Of a stretch of DNA of 64,000 nucleotides, positions 27,250 through 40,800 are shown piece after piece. Position 1 is the stretch's first letter, and each line of letters starts with the position of its first letter. The stretch covers positions 45,448,001 to 45,512,000 of the forward strand of contig NC_087251.1 of NCBI RefSeq assembly GCF_037042905.1, read 5' to 3'. The notes beneath the pieces are model-generated. The model was not told where the DNA came from. It worked only from the letters and a program-made list of their open reading frames with translations, and did no database searches. Origin of the DNA: Lytechinus pictus. Lineage: Eukaryota. The position numbers and the translations under genes were made by a program.

Positions 27250-29259
27250 ACTCTAACCCTCATAAATTCAGTGAACCAATTAAAGGTTTTCCACACAGGT
27301 CCCTTGTAGGTTGTTTACTTTCATGCCCCAAGACAAGGTAATAAATCATGATTCCTTTATTGTTCCTGTCTAATATACAGAACAATTTAATCTTGATTAT
27401 TTGCAAATTCAATTAATGATAATACAATTGTATTTTCAATATTATATGCAATGATATACAGTTTTACAGTGATGTAATATATATTACTAAATCATGCATA
27501 TTACATTGAATCATTTATTTATATCTTACTGGTAAATTGGCAATTGGCTCTTTATCAAATTTAAGTTCACTTTGGAAAATTGTTAACCTATGCCTTCTTG
27601 GATTCCACTGCATAGGCTAAAGCCAATCCTTGCCCTAGATCTGGTAGTATTAATTAATTGTTTATTTTCCCATGTTAAATTAGCAGAACCTAATAAATAG
27701 TCAGACACAGTAGATCCTACATCTGCCAAAAATTACCTATTTGAACCCCATGTGATATTATTTGGCAATTATAAGATCAATATTCATTAAAGTACACCCT
27801 TTAAGCAATACCAAAAAGTTACTTTAAAAATAATGTTCCCCAATGGTGTTCGGGACTCCCATTTCCGACTGAACAAATGTTCCTTGAATACATGTATTCT
27901 CAAAAGTAAATATGCAAAAAAATCTAAAAAACAAGACTAGAAAAAATATAAAATTGTTACCCCCCAAACCACAGCCTGTCATTTTGAGTCGGAACAAAGA
28001 ATCGTGCACCATGTCTGCACACCCATTCACTTTACACAAGATTCAAAGGTTTCCAACAATTGAGACAGCATTTTAAGGCCTAGATTTAAATCCTAAAATT
28101 ATATATTTGTTTATCAATTTCACTTTTACACTGATTTTCAATGAAAATCTGTTCTAGGAGATGGAATGATTATGGTCATTGGAGTGTCTTCTTTGACTGG
28201 GCCTTAAAGAAAATACGCTACCCTCATGAGCCCAAAATTGGAAAGTTGGGTCAGGTTTCATGCATGGGATGACTTTAATATGTTAAAACACATATTTGAG
28301 TATTTTTTTAAAGCCATTGAATACAAATTTGAGCAAATACTTCAACCAAATCTGATCATTTACTCACAAAAGCATTGCATGATATGTTTTGGGTCTTCTA
28401 AAAAAAAAATTAAAAAAAAAAATAAATAAATATATATATATATATATATATATGCCTACATCCTACGTAAGGACAAAGTCTATGAATGGGTTTATTCCGT
28501 TATAATACACATTTAGACGTTAAGTTGAAGGTAGAGGGCGTTAAGGCGCATTGTGAACATTGAAAGAAGACAAAAAAATTTGCCTTAAATGCAGATGCTG
28601 AAAGATATATACATATATATATATGAATACATATATATCAACCCTTTTCTTGCGCATTTTACAGTCAGTCGGATGAGGGCAACATAAATTTTTTTTAAAG
28701 GCTAATAGAATCATGCACATGTGAATGAATTTGCACAGACACAGGGCACCGTGCCATACCTATATTACATTCACCCTTTAATTGTACAATCAATAATTTA
28801 CATGATTTTGGTCACAGTGTATGAATGAGGGATCCAGGTCTCCTTTCATACAACCCTAATATCAATGACAAGTGTTAGAAATGTGCTTGTGGCCAATCAA
28901 ATTCAGTAGCTATAACTTGCAATCAATAACATACATATAAAACACATCATCGGGGGCATTTGGACTATTTGTATGGTAACAAGGTGTGGGAAATTATCAA
29001 ATCCCTGAGCTGCATGAGCAAAATGATGTGTATTATGTTTTTACGAGATAATGATGTGGATCCTTATTATTTGATAATCTTGTCTCACAATCATATCCGG
29101 TCGTTGCACTTTACCAATGACCGCTCATCACTGTTTATTAGTAAATCTACGCATTAGGCCGAATAAATGACCGGTCATATGCAACCAATCATATCTTTAG
29201 AATCCAGTTTGTCATCTTATAACATGATTTATGAAAGATGGTCAAGAACCTGAGGAATG

Positions 29260-30575
29260 ATGACAGGATCAGCAGAATACCACGCTCCAGAGAATACAAG
29301 AGCTGATGTTGATGATGACGGTGATGATGTTGGTGAGGATGATGGTGATGATGATGAAGACGGTGGTGATGATGATCATGATGATGATAATGGTGGTGAT
29401 GATGATGATCTTAATGGTGATAATGGTGGTGATGATGATGATCATGATGATGAAGATGATGGTGGTGATGATGGTGATAATTATGATGATGATGATGGTG
29501 TTGATGATGGTGATGATGATGAAGATGGTGGTGATGAAGATCATGATGATGATAATGGTGGTGATGATGATGATCATGACGATAATGGTATTGAGCATGA
29601 TGATGATGATGATGGTGGTGATGATGGTGATAATTATGATGATGATGATGATGGTAACAATGATGATGATGCTAATGATGCATCTTTATACCTTCTGCCA
29701 AACATGATTATTCTGTCATCATTCCAGTAGCATCAACTCCTTCACTAGTCCCAGTAAACATATATTGATATCTATTCCATTTTCAAAATACTTTTGGTCT
29801 TGGATTAGGTTATTTGGAGAAGAGCTTTGAAACTCCAAAGCTAAAAGCTGATGGAGATGATGGCGGCATTCTTAATATCCTCATTGTCTTACTTCTACAT
29901 GCTCGTATTCTGACATGCAGTGCCTTCACTGGTCCTAGTTAAATTAATCTTTTCCATTCCTTAAATATCTTTTCATTTTCTGGGATAAGACTATTTGAGA
30001 AGAATTTCTACACTTCAAATCCAGAGATTTCTTCCAAATGCTCATAATTATTCTGCAATCATCATAGTTACATCCAACTCCTTCACTATTAGTATTTTGT
30101 CATCTATCTTGTATCTAGTAACATTAAACTCCTTTATTAGTAAAAAAAAAAATATATATATATTGGTACCTATTAAATTCCTAATTTGGGATTGGATGAG
30201 TTCTAAGAATTTCCACACTCCAGAACATCTTAGAGTTGATGATGACGATGTCTGCCTGTTCATATTCTGTCATCTTTCCAGTGGTTCCTCTAGCCCCAGT
30301 AAATTTAATTCCTACATTTTTTTTTGTCTTGGAAAAGGTTATTTTGAGAATAATTTTGACACTCCAAAGCCAAGAGCTGATGATGCTGCTGCTGCTGATG
30401 ATGATGGTATCCTAATATCGTCTCCATCCACATTCTCGTATTCTGTCACATTGCCAACTGCTTCACTGGTTCCAGTTAATATACCAATATATATATATAT
30501 AAAATCATCAATATCTATTTCATTCCTAAAATGTTTTTTGGTCTAGGACAAGGTTATTTTGAGAAGAATTTCCAC
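29260..30575. repeat. Degenerate tandem array (about 140-215 bp units) downstream of and overlapping the VTI1B stop codon
   Basis: Recurring ggttattttgagaagaatttc-acactcc-agagctgatgatg-tattctgtca-cttcactggtcccagt motif series. Confidence 0.7.
29305..29680. repeat. Imperfect (GAT/GGT)n trinucleotide repeat
   Basis: Directly visible. It generates the spurious poly-Asp, poly-Met and poly-Ile ORFs. Confidence 0.95.
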
Positions 30576-30647
30576 CAAATGACGACACCTAGGATTGCAA
30601 GCTCCACTAAGATGATACCTGATAAGATGAGTTTGTTTGTGATGACT
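30554..30647 (-). CDS. VTI1B: VTI1B exon 7, transmembrane anchor and stop (VITNKLILSGIILVELAILGVVIWWKFFSK*)
   Basis: tttgtgcag acceptor, phase 2. TNKL plus TM helix plus KFF tail, then TAA. The seven exons total 678 nt = 225 aa. Confidence 0.93.
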
Positions 30648-30721
30648 CTGCACAAAGAAACAAAGAAAGGAAAAGCATTTTAAACATGAAGACATATACA
30701 CGTACACAGCGTTGACACCTG

Positions 30722-30984
30722 GGGGCCAGTCTTACAAAGAGTTGTGATTGATCCAATCAATCTCAAATATATGGAAATCCATCATCGTCATGATTTCTTC
30801 TACAGGAAATTTGCACAATGTCCTTGGTAAACAAAGAGATGCACACTGGAATTTCAAGAGAACGATGAATATACATCACATCTAGAAAATATTCTTAATA
30901 AATGTGCAGTTTAGCTGCTGACATTGCTGGCTTTCCATAATTATGGTTGGTCGGATCAACAACAACTGTTTGTAAGACAGGGCC
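30722..30984. mobile_element. PIF/Harbinger-like MITE
   Basis: TIR ggccagtcttacaaagagtt / aactgtttgtaagacagggcc, flanked by CTG on both sides. Confidence 0.65.
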
Positions 30985-31070
30985 CTGGAGAGCATTTCAT
31001 CAAAATTTGTCATCTGACAAGTTGTCATATCTCAAAACTATTATTGGTTTTGATTGGCTGAGAAGCACAG

Positions 31071-31340
31071 GGCCCTGTCTTACAAAGAGTTACGATTGAT
31101 CTAATCAATCTCAAATATATGGAAATCCATCCATACCATATCTTTTTCGACAGAAAATTTGCCCAATCTCCATAGTAAACAAAGAGAATCACACTGAATT
31201 TTCACGAGAGCAATGAATGTATGAATAAACATCATATAAAGAAAGTATTTTGAACAAATTTATATTTAAGATGTTGATGTTGCTGGCCATCCATAGTTGT
31301 GGTTGATCGGATCAATCGCAACTCTTTGTAAGACGGGGCC
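31071..31340. mobile_element. PIF/Harbinger-like MITE (same family as 30722-30984)
   Basis: CAG|GGCCCTGTCTTACAAAGAGTT...AACTCTTTGTAAGACGGGGCC|CAG: 3-bp TSD. Confidence 0.8.
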
Positions 31341-31942
31341 CAGATTTCTGACAGTTACTACGGTAAAATGTCAATCACGTCCTTTCATGAAATACCCTCT
31401 AGCAATTACAACATGTTCAATGTAAAATTTTATAATTTCCTTAAAAAAAAGTATGATATAGATAAAACTACACAGTTCACATTCCTCCCAAACAATTAAA
31501 ACCATTAAAAAATTGTATTGACAATGGCACCATATTATTTCCAAAGAGATTTGAAGGTAAATCATTCTATTTTCAAAAGTTCGACTAAGCTATATCTGAA
31601 ATATAAGTGTATTAAAAGAATGATAACATTAATTTGTGTTGTAATAGTAGGTAGATCCTAAAAAAAAATTATAATCCTAATTTAGATTACATAAATTCAA
31701 ATAAAATCCATGGTATAAATGTCATAAATGCAAGACAAAACCCCATCAGGTGCGTATTTCATAAGTTACAAATGACTTCACACATGACTGGTGACCTTTT
31801 TATTGTTACAGGATAATCGCTATGTAACTGACCCAGCACCAAAGAACATGTTCCAGTTGTGCGTAAAGTTGTGCATAGCTGTACGAACAGCTTTATGAAA
31901 CACCCACCTGCCTGGTTTGCATAAAAGATAGTGAGGATCCAG

Positions 31943-32155
31943 GGGGGTGTTTCACAAAGATTTAAGTATGACTTAGAGTCGGACTCAAATGCGTCATTGC
32001 ATGCGTTATAAAAGGCATGACCACATTGGTCAGATCATGCCAAGAGAATGCAAACTACTGCATATTGATCAATAGGATTGCGCGTTTCATATCGTGTACA
32101 CGTCGGCATTTAAGTGCGACTCTAAGTCATACTTTAATCTTTGTGAAACACCCCC
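31943..32155. mobile_element. PIF/Harbinger-like MITE
   Basis: CAG|GGGGGTGTTTCACAAAGATT...AATCTTTGTGAAACACCCCC|CAG, TIRs of about 40 bp. Confidence 0.82.
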
Positions 32156-32185
32156 CAGGAATATAAATTCAAATTCAGTGCTCAC

Positions 32186-32247
32186 CTTCTTGCCATACTG
32201 TTGAGTATTCTTCTACTTTTGCTAAGACCGTCATCTATATCTTCAAC
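32186..32247 (-). CDS. VTI1B: VTI1B exon 6 (VEDIDDGLSKSRRILNSMARR)
   Basis: 62 nt, tgtag acceptor, gtgagc donor. C-terminal half of the SNARE motif (LSKSRxIL.SM). Confidence 0.93.
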
Positions 32248-32500
32248 CTACAGTTAAAGATAAGAAACAAAATTAATGTTTTAATATTTGTTAGTTTATA
32301 AAAGAACGAAAATGGGATGGACAGACAACCTGAACACATAATGCCTCTGGCAACCATCTTCGGTGGGTGAAGGCATAAAAAGATAATGTTACACCATTCT
32401 TTTATGAGTTATGATTGATCCAATCCACCTCAACTGTATAGAAATCCACCAATATCATAAATTTTTCTCCGTGCAATTTGCACAATGTCCTTTTGTAAAC

Positions 32501-33139
32501 ACGAGGCATAAGCGATGTTGTGTCTCGCCCACTTGTGAAAGTAACCAGAAATATTGTGATTTGCGAGGGCATGCAACAGAATTGTATCAAAAGTTCATTG
32601 TAAAATATAAATTGGGATGGAATAAAATTTTTTATAAGAGTCTTGTACATAAACTTTAATGTTGACCTCAAAATGACCGCTGACCCTACCATGTGACTTC
32701 TGAACACAATAACATGCAGGTCTCTTAAGTACAGCTACAACCCAAGGTTGGTCCAAAAGTGACTTACGGTTGGGGAGTTATGTCATAAAAATGACCTTTG
32801 ACCTTACCATGTGACCTCTGACTGCGCCATGATATGCAAGTCTCCTAAGTACATCAACAACCCAAGTTTGGGTAAAAGCGATTGCAGAGTTGTGTGTCGT
32901 AAGAGAGTCTTGCACGTAAACTGTAACGTTGACCTGAAAATTACCTTGACCTTACCATGTGACTTCGATCCAACTGCAGCATTACATGCAGATACCCTAA
33001 GTACATCTACTAACCAAGTTTGGTTGAAAAGTGACTAACGGTTGCGGAGTTATGTGTCATAATATTTGTGAAGGACGGACGACGGACGATATTTGGATCC
33101 CTTAGTCTTGCCTTCACCTCTGGTGGGCGAGACAAAAAA
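32501..33139. mobile_element. HINE-like element with internal tandem repeats, nested in a Harbinger-like MITE
   Basis: IR TGTCTCGCCCAC (32521-32532) / GTGGGCGAGACA (33123-33134). The flanks (about 32405-32500 and 33140-33297) join into a copy of the 31071-31340 family. Confidence 0.7.
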
Positions 33140-33399
33140 AGGAACAAAATGAAATGTAAAGAAAATGATGAATGAATGTATATACTGTACATCATATCGA
33201 AAACACTTTAAACAAACATGCATTTCATATAATGACATTGCTGGCTTTCCATAGATGTGGTTGATCGGATCAATCACAACTCCTAAGATTGGGCCCAGAA
33301 CTATGCAAGTGCACATACACATTTTGCCATTAACTGTCATCCAAAAACCCTGACAAAAACTGTCACCTTACTGACTATTCAAGCCAGAAATTCACTTAC

Positions 33400-33573
33400 C
33401 CGTTCTCTCGTTCTAATGAGTTGTTCTTTCTGCCCGTCGAGTTCGTCTAATATACCAACGCCTATCTCATCCGTCTCTGCTGCTATCCTCTGCGTTCTAT
33501 CAAGGCTCTGACTGGCTCGGTTCAGGCTCTCTACGCCCCCTATCACACGGTTCTTCTGCGTATCCTGGTGGGC
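33400..33573 (-). CDS. VTI1B: VTI1B exon 5, SNARE motif (AHQDTQKNRVIGGVESLNRASQSLDRTQRIAAETDEIGVGILDELDGQKEQLIRTRER)
   Basis: 174 nt, ctacag acceptor, gtaagt donor. Qb-SNARE motif closely resembling VTI1B 'ESLNRATQSIERSHRIATETDQIG'. Confidence 0.95.
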
Positions 33574-33850
33574 CTGTAGTGGGGAAGAGTGAACAAGTTT
33601 GTTTGTTTCATTTTTTCTCCGAGCAAAACAAATATTCAAATTGACAAAAAAATAGTGATTTGTAGATAATAATATATAGTAGTAACAAAGCATAAACAAA
33701 ATATATTTGAAGCGCAGAATCCCTTAAAAAACATCGTCAGGAAATAATTTGTTTAAGTAAAACATGGATCGAAATAAAGCATTCCTAGAAACAAAAACAA
33801 AAACTAATTTACAAAAACTAGGATAGTATCCCTATGGCATGCTAAGAGAG

Positions 33851-33887
<37 letters not shown>

Positions 33888-34772
33888 CATCATTTTCATC
33901 TTAATAAAATCAAAGACATCATTATTTTGATTAAAAAATATCATAAAGAGAATGTTGAGAGAAATAAATCATTCATATATGATAACATATTGTTACAAAT
34001 TTGTATAGATAAAGGTAGTGAACATACTGTATGACTGCCAAGCTCAAAACTCTCAAAGGCCCTAAGTCACAAACGAGGTTTAAACCAGTGGGCGGGGGGG
34101 GGGGGTACAAAAACATGGACTATATGCAGGTTTCCTATATGATTGCGCTTCTTAATTTTAAGTGCATTTAGGGCCCTATCAGCAAAAAGCACCCATTTAA
34201 TGTTGGACCTTTCTCAGTTCACACTGAGAAATAGTTTGTTATATGATATAACTCGAAATTGTAAGAAATTATAATATGCTCAGAATTCAGATGTACAAAA
34301 GAGGTGGACTAGAAAGTTAAATCACACAACTCCATTTCTTATTAAACTTCACTGGCTTCTGTAAATCTGACAATATATTTTTCTTATGATATGTAAAGCA
34401 ATGTACAGATCAACCCAAGTACGATTCAGATTTGTAAGTCTCTTATTATCCTCGAAGTAATTTGTGATCTGCTGGAACATCTTGGCTGTACAGATTCAAG
34501 AGTAAAAGGTAGCAGAAACCCAAATCAAATATATTATTTCAATATTACACAGTATCTCGATCTCAGAGACAGTTTATCCTACAACCAAAGAATAGAAACA
34601 AGTACCAGCAAGCAGTTATTCATTATATATTGAATGTTTATTCTTAAGTTTCATTTCATTTTTATTGTTTGTCCATCCATCCGTCCATTCATTCAGTCAT
34701 TGTTATTTAGTTATATTATCATTGCTTTCCAGAATTGCTTGCTCAAAAGTTCTGAACAAATGGTTTACTTAC

Positions 34773-34850
34773 TTCAAAATCTGACTTGGCACTATATAAC
34801 CCGCCTGACAGTAGTTCATCTCTGCCACTTGCTTGTCCACTAAACCGTTG
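34773..34850 (-). CDS. VTI1B: VTI1B exon 4 (QRFSGQASGRDELLSGGLYSAKSDFE)
   Basis: 78 nt, tttcag acceptor, gtaagt donor, phase 0/0. Linker with RDELL motif typical of Vti1 proteins. Confidence 0.85.
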
Positions 34851-35796
34851 CTGAAATAAGATTAGACAAATTGTACAATCATTAAATTACCAATTATGCA
34901 CTCTGAACAATTTAGCAAAGAGATACCAACAAAACGTAATGCAAATGAATATTGGACCATTCATTAAAAACTAAAATCATTATTCAATACATTGTTCATT
35001 GTTAAACAAAAGTACAAATTCACTTTGGTAACTTTTGCAGGTTTCCTTGGCGAAGAATGAATATGTATAGGGGCGCCACGGTACATGTATTCTTTTGTGA
35101 GCATATGTTTGGTCTTGAAAAGAATGTTTCAATTAGTATTTCCTTGTCATCTTCAGTAGAATACACATAAAAGTAAAGCCATAACACTAACCCTATGGAG
35201 TAAGGGTTAGGAAAAACATTTTACATTCTTTTAATGTAAGGAAAGATATCATGTATTGACTTCATTACATAATTGTAGATTTTTTCTGAAGTTTAATGGG
35301 CATTTCTTTCTCCAGATGAATACATATTGTTCATATATTTTTATTTATTGTAGATGAGTTCATATTTATGATTTCTCTAATTGAATTCATCACTGACTGC
35401 ATCTCTAATTCGTAATATCACCAGTTACTTCCAATAAATGTACTGTATCTCTAAAAACCATTAATGTATATCAATTTAGCATGAGTTCAAGAATGAAATA
35501 CTCTTTTATGTAAAATGGCAATTTAAATCCACTGTTAATTTAATTCAGGATATTCAAAGATCTTTAAAGTTTAAACCGATGTGATTTTTACTGTGTATAT
35601 GTTTTTTCATATCTCTACAAGCAATGTGACTTAAAAGAACTGTTAATAATGAGAAAGGAATATAAAGAATAAATAACATCAGAAAGAGGAAAATATTAAA
35701 AAAAATAAAAGTTAGGGAATATCACAGTAATGTCTTTAACAATATAGACTTATCGAATGACGCATCTAGGGTAAAATTGATTATTTTCAAACTCAC

Positions 35797-35907
35797 TGCA
35801 TCTCTCTGAAGCCTTTCCACCTCTCTCCTATATGATCTCACTTTGCCCATAAGTTGAGTTCTAAAGCTTCCTGGTGCTGGCCTTGCTTCATTTTCAAGTC
35901 CTGTAAC
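35797..35907 (-). CDS. VTI1B: VTI1B exon 3 (VTGLENEARPAPGSFRTQLMGKVRSYRREVERLQRDA)
   Basis: 111 nt, gacag acceptor, gtgagt donor. Matches the Vti1 Habc pattern 'E.E.R.AP.SFR..MM.K.R.YR'. Confidence 0.92.
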
Positions 35908-36558
35908 CTGTCATAGCAAGGGTTAATAAAAGCACAATAAGAATAAAATAATAACACAGTCTACAGTTTTGTACTTACATGTAGGTCAAATGACCCCCCC
36001 CCAAAAAAAAAAAAAAAATAATAATAATAATAATAATTACATGAACATAAAATATAAGAAAGTAAAATCAATAAATAATAAAAAAGTGATACATGTACAT
36101 AAACAAATAAAAAAGATAATTTCTTCACAATTTTTTCATAGATAATTGGGGGAAATTTATGTCCCCTCCTGTTATCCAAAATTCTCCCTAATATAGATTC
36201 GGTTTCCCGTAATGTCACCCGTTCTTTTGTAAACAGAACAAAAACCAATTGTTCTTCCAGGATTCTCCCTAATATTGATTCCCCCTTGGGTAACTTTTAC
36301 GCAGATAACAATAGCAATAATAATAGAATCTTAGAAATAATACATTACACATGCAATAATAAAAGATGGTAATTTAGGCTGACCAAAGGCGACGCCAATC
36401 TAACGAAAGGTTTGCAGTATTCTCATACTGCAACATACACCTTTCAGACATTTCATGATTTCTTTCTAAATTGGAACCATAAAAAAGTATTTAATTCATA
36501 AAGTATCAATCAATATCATAATTATACCCTTTGTATTATTCCATATTTAGTTCCTTAC

Positions 36559-36617
36559 CATCAAAAGGAGATCCTCTGTCTCTCGAAGAACTTCACGTAC
36601 CAGCTTTTTTCTTTCCT
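36559..36617 (-). CDS. VTI1B: VTI1B exon 2 (EERKKLVREVLRETEDLLLM)
   Basis: 59 nt, tgtag acceptor, gtaagg donor, phase 1 to 0. Habc helix. Confidence 0.9.
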
Positions 36618-37263
36618 CTACAATTAAAAAACATTGGTTTAAAGGAGAAAGTGTAAGAAACATGTGGTGAAAATTTTTATTTTTATTTTATCATTTATTT
36701 CACCTGAAAACAAGTAGCACCAATAATAATTAAAAAAATGCATGAGTGTATGAACAATCTACAAACAAGAAGTTGTGCCCAAAAATAAAAATGCAGATAG
36801 AAAGAGAGAGGGGGGAAGAGAGGGGGGGGGGGGGGGAGAAAGAGAGGGGAGAGAGATATATAGAAAAAAAAACAGAGATGTAAGTAGTAACAGTAAGAGA
36901 GAGAGAGAGAGAGAGAGACCCACTTACACTTAAAGGAGAAGTTCACTCTGATGAAAAGTTTAATAATTGGTTCTAATTAAAACAGAAAAATATAGCAAAA
37001 TATCAATGAAGGATTGGTGAAATTCCATCAAGAACAAGAGAGAGATATGATTTTTTTTTTAGTTTTAATTTGTGATGTCATATGCAAGCAGCTCCCCCTA
37101 AAATATATAAATTCCATAAACGAAATTATTCAGTGGAACATGATGAATACATCAACCATTTTTTTTAAAGCAGGGGGTATGAAAGGATGTGATTGATAAT
37201 CTATCCCTCGCATGAAAAAAAATATCTTTCATCTTTTGGAGAAAATTATATTTTGGGGATTAA

Positions 37264-37874
37264 AGGACAAGTCCACCCCAACAAAAAGTTCTTTTGAATA
37301 AAAAGAGAAATATCCAACAAGCATAACACTGAAAATTTCATCAAAATCGAATGTAAAATAAGAAAGTTATGACATTTTAAAATTTGGATTTTTTCCACAA
37401 AACAGATATGCACATCCTGGTCGGTATGCAAATGAGGAGACTGATGACATCATCCACTCACTATTTCTTTTGGATTTTATTATATGAAATATTTTAACAT
37501 TTCTCCTCACTGTCAAGTGAAACAACTATTAATCCCTCCCTGAATATGTGGAATTAGCATTGTTTAATACTATATGGTTCAGACAAGTTGGTCCTTATTG
37601 TCAAATTTGTAAAAATTGAAATATTGTATTCATATTTCAAACAATAAAAAACAAAAAGAAAGAATGAGGGACATCTTCGACTCTCTAATTTGCATGTCAC
37701 TGACTTGTTCATATAACTATTTTGTGGAAAATAATCCAAATTTTAAAATATCATAACTTTCTTATTTTACATCCGATTTTGATGTAATTTTCGGTGATAA
37801 CAATTAACATTATATATTTGTTGGATTTTTCCCTATTGATTCAAATCAACATTTTTCTGGGGTGGACTTGACCT
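37264..37874. mobile_element. Kolobok-like MITE, same family as 19458-20067, opposite orientation
   Basis: TTAA|AGGACAAGTCCACCCC...GGGGTGGACTTGACCT|TTAT. Sits inside an older element starting TTAA|AGGAGAAGTTCAC at about 36934. Confidence 0.82.
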
Positions 37875-40800
37875 TTATTATTACAAGACACACATATTAC
37901 ACAAAACTCTGTTTTTCTTTGATGGATTTTCATCAAACTGTTACCATTATTTTCCCTTTTTCCCCCTGATTTCATTAAAACCACCTTATCATTAGGGGGA
38001 ATTTAGTTTAGCATTGCACTAAAAACCGGGGAGGTTTTATCTCCCTGGTTCTATACTTAATTGGCAATTCAAACATTATGTCATAAAACTTTGTTGATAC
38101 AATTGCACACATCAGTAATAGTAATATAAATTCCATAAACTACTGTACATATTTTTAATGAAACATATTCTTTTCACTGAAAGGGGTATGATATGATAAG
38201 TCAGATGTCTCACACCACAAATACACTCACTTTCATTTTTTAATAGAAAATTATATTTAAAAAAAATCTAAAGACGACATTTTATAAAGGAACTACTCCT
38301 GTGTCAAAAAGGAAAATTAAAAATTCATAAAAGATAAAAAATTATGTTATTCTTGGGCAGAAATTCATTAAACCTTCAATTTTCTCTAGTTTGTCTGCTT
38401 TAATTAAAGGTATAGTGTATGATTGGTTGATCTCAGACAAGGGCAATGAATCAATTTTGAAATTATTACATTCATTAAATACCTATATTATTGCTCTATT
38501 TTATCACGGAAAAGAAACTTGCATAACTTTTCTATTTTCATGATATTGAGGGGTAAAACATATATTATGACTTGATCGGTTAAACGATATAAGTTTGAAC
38601 TTTCTTATTGACGCCCTCTCGGGTTAAAAAATAAATTGATATTAGAACACCGTTCGAATCATGCATATTCATTACGACCTCATGCATATTGATGAAATAT
38701 GTCATGGTGCATGCGCAGTATCAAGAAATCATCGTATCAACAAAGTGCAGTACTGTGTGTGTAGCTGAGTAGAAAGCAAACATCGAACGGTGCGTGCAAG
38801 CTCAATGAGCCGATGCTAGGCGGCTAGCGACATGCTTGCGCTCTGCATTAGTTTCAGATATAATCCACTATTAGCGATTGCACACACAGGATACTAGTAG
38901 TTTCATGATTGTATCGTACGCGTGAAAAGGGATTCAGACACGTTGAATATCTGACGTGAATGACGAAGCAAAGGATTGCCCAATACGGCTTGCTTTCGGA
39001 ATCTTATGTCATGAATCTGAAAGTATACTCCAAGACTAAAAGAGATACGAGAATCCCAGAGATGGGCAAGGGCCGAGTTCCGAGTTTGATCTTTATTCAT
39101 GTGGATTGTAGCTCTTTTATGCACCTTTTCCCTTCATGTATAGCTTGGCGTGCTACATACTGGAACCAGAGCGAGGAAAGGGGGAGGGAGGAGAGAGAAG
39201 AAAGAAAGAAGTGAATTAGTGAAAGAGAATCAGGAGAGCTGTTATAAAGGGATCTGAATACAACATACCCTAATTTGATATTTTGGTGTTTTTTTAATCT
39301 TTCCTGAATGTTTCAGTCAGTTTCAGATTATTTGGCTCCACTCGATCGCAAAGTACAGAGGAGAAATTGGAAAAAAAAGTTAAACCAAAAATATTTAAAA
39401 CTCTAAACAGACGGCCACCACCATTCTGTCTACAGCCAAGCATGAAGAAAGGGAAAGGGCGAAGAGAAAAACGATTACTTTCAGGGCGGGTTCTACGATA
39501 TAAAACAGGGTTTGTTTAATACGGGGTTAAATATAGGCCTATAGTAAAACCATAGAGCTATTAACATAACGAAGATGAAACCCCAATGCAGGGTTAAATA
39601 TAGGCCTATAACCCAATGCAACACTTGACTACTCTTCGTTTGTTTAGATTGAACTCGCGAGGTCAAAAGGTGAGCCGAGAAACCTGTTGATGCGAAGTAC
39701 GTACGTATAGTCTATATTGTGTAGACCGTGATAGCAGGGAAGCGTAACACTTCCCTGGTGATAGCATGAATGTGACAACGCATCAAGTTGCAAATTTCTA
39801 TTATTTCTGTTAAACCAGTCCCTGGTTAAACCGAGTTTTACCTGACTGCTAAGAAAGCAGGAATGTCTGTGAGCAAGCAACCAGGGGACCAACGGCTTAA
39901 GGTCGAACAAGCAGAGTAAAGGCGTCATGAGTCAAAAAAATGAGGGGGGCAGACATGACGTCAGGGACAAGATTTCTGGGAAAACTCTTATTTTTTGCAT
40001 CCACACAAGAAAGCTTGCATCGAGATATGGAAAAATGAGAAGTTGAGTATTGCGCGGTGCTATGGTCTAGAACCACTTTACGTATTCAGAGTTGTGATTT
40101 CCAGGGCCGACCAGCATACATGTAAGAGTTTTACAACATAACTTTACAAGGCACGCTGTGGGACAAAGTGCAACAACGTATGTGAGAAAAGACTAAGCAA
40201 ACCTGTAGAAGCAGCAACGTACAACATGTGGACCAGTCCATGGGTCGCCGAGTTTTTATGCAGTATGGGGAGGGGGTGGGGGTACCGGTAGCCTACAATG
40301 ATAATAATAACATTTGTAGGGCGCTTTATACTTTATACAATCATGGACCTATTAGGTCCATGCTATAATCAAACCATCAGCACGACGAGTGGATGGATGA
40401 CTGAAAGAATGGATGGATAGGCATATATAAATGGATCATCCAATTGATGTATTTTCCCAAGAAATGGATGGTCAAAGAGAAATTGATACAAATGATGCAG
40501 CAATAGATAGGGGCACCCCATGGGAGATCAACTTGCTACCCCTTTATAGACAGTAAACAAGTAAAGAATTGATAAAAAGATGAAATTTTATTACAACAAA
40601 TGAGAGGAAGAAAGGCCTCCAGGAAAGGCCTACGCATAGTACAGGGTGTGCACGAGCAGTTCAACCGTTGAAAAAGTGTGAATGACTGCCACATGAGCAG
40701 GACAAAGACAGTACTTTCCGGCATTACTTGCATCTTGATTGGCATAACATTTTAGACTTATTTATCAATGGAATGGTAACTCCCATTTCCCTGCTATAAC

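Noticed and set aside
29257..29730. 157-aa poly-Asp ORF and overlapping poly-Met and poly-Ile ORFs, superficially like an acidic biomineralisation protein
   Set aside because: Produced by a (GAT)n microsatellite inside a degenerate tandem unit; no signal peptide or splice context; several frames are open simply because of the repeat.
38903..39214. ORFs near the left end of the 13.7-kb element as transposase or THAP remnants
   Set aside because: No recognisable THAP, DDE or other motif in either orientation.
40040..40185. Possible decayed LINE C-terminal fragment (EYCAVLWS...WDKVQQR)
   Set aside because: Too short and interrupted to support without a search.
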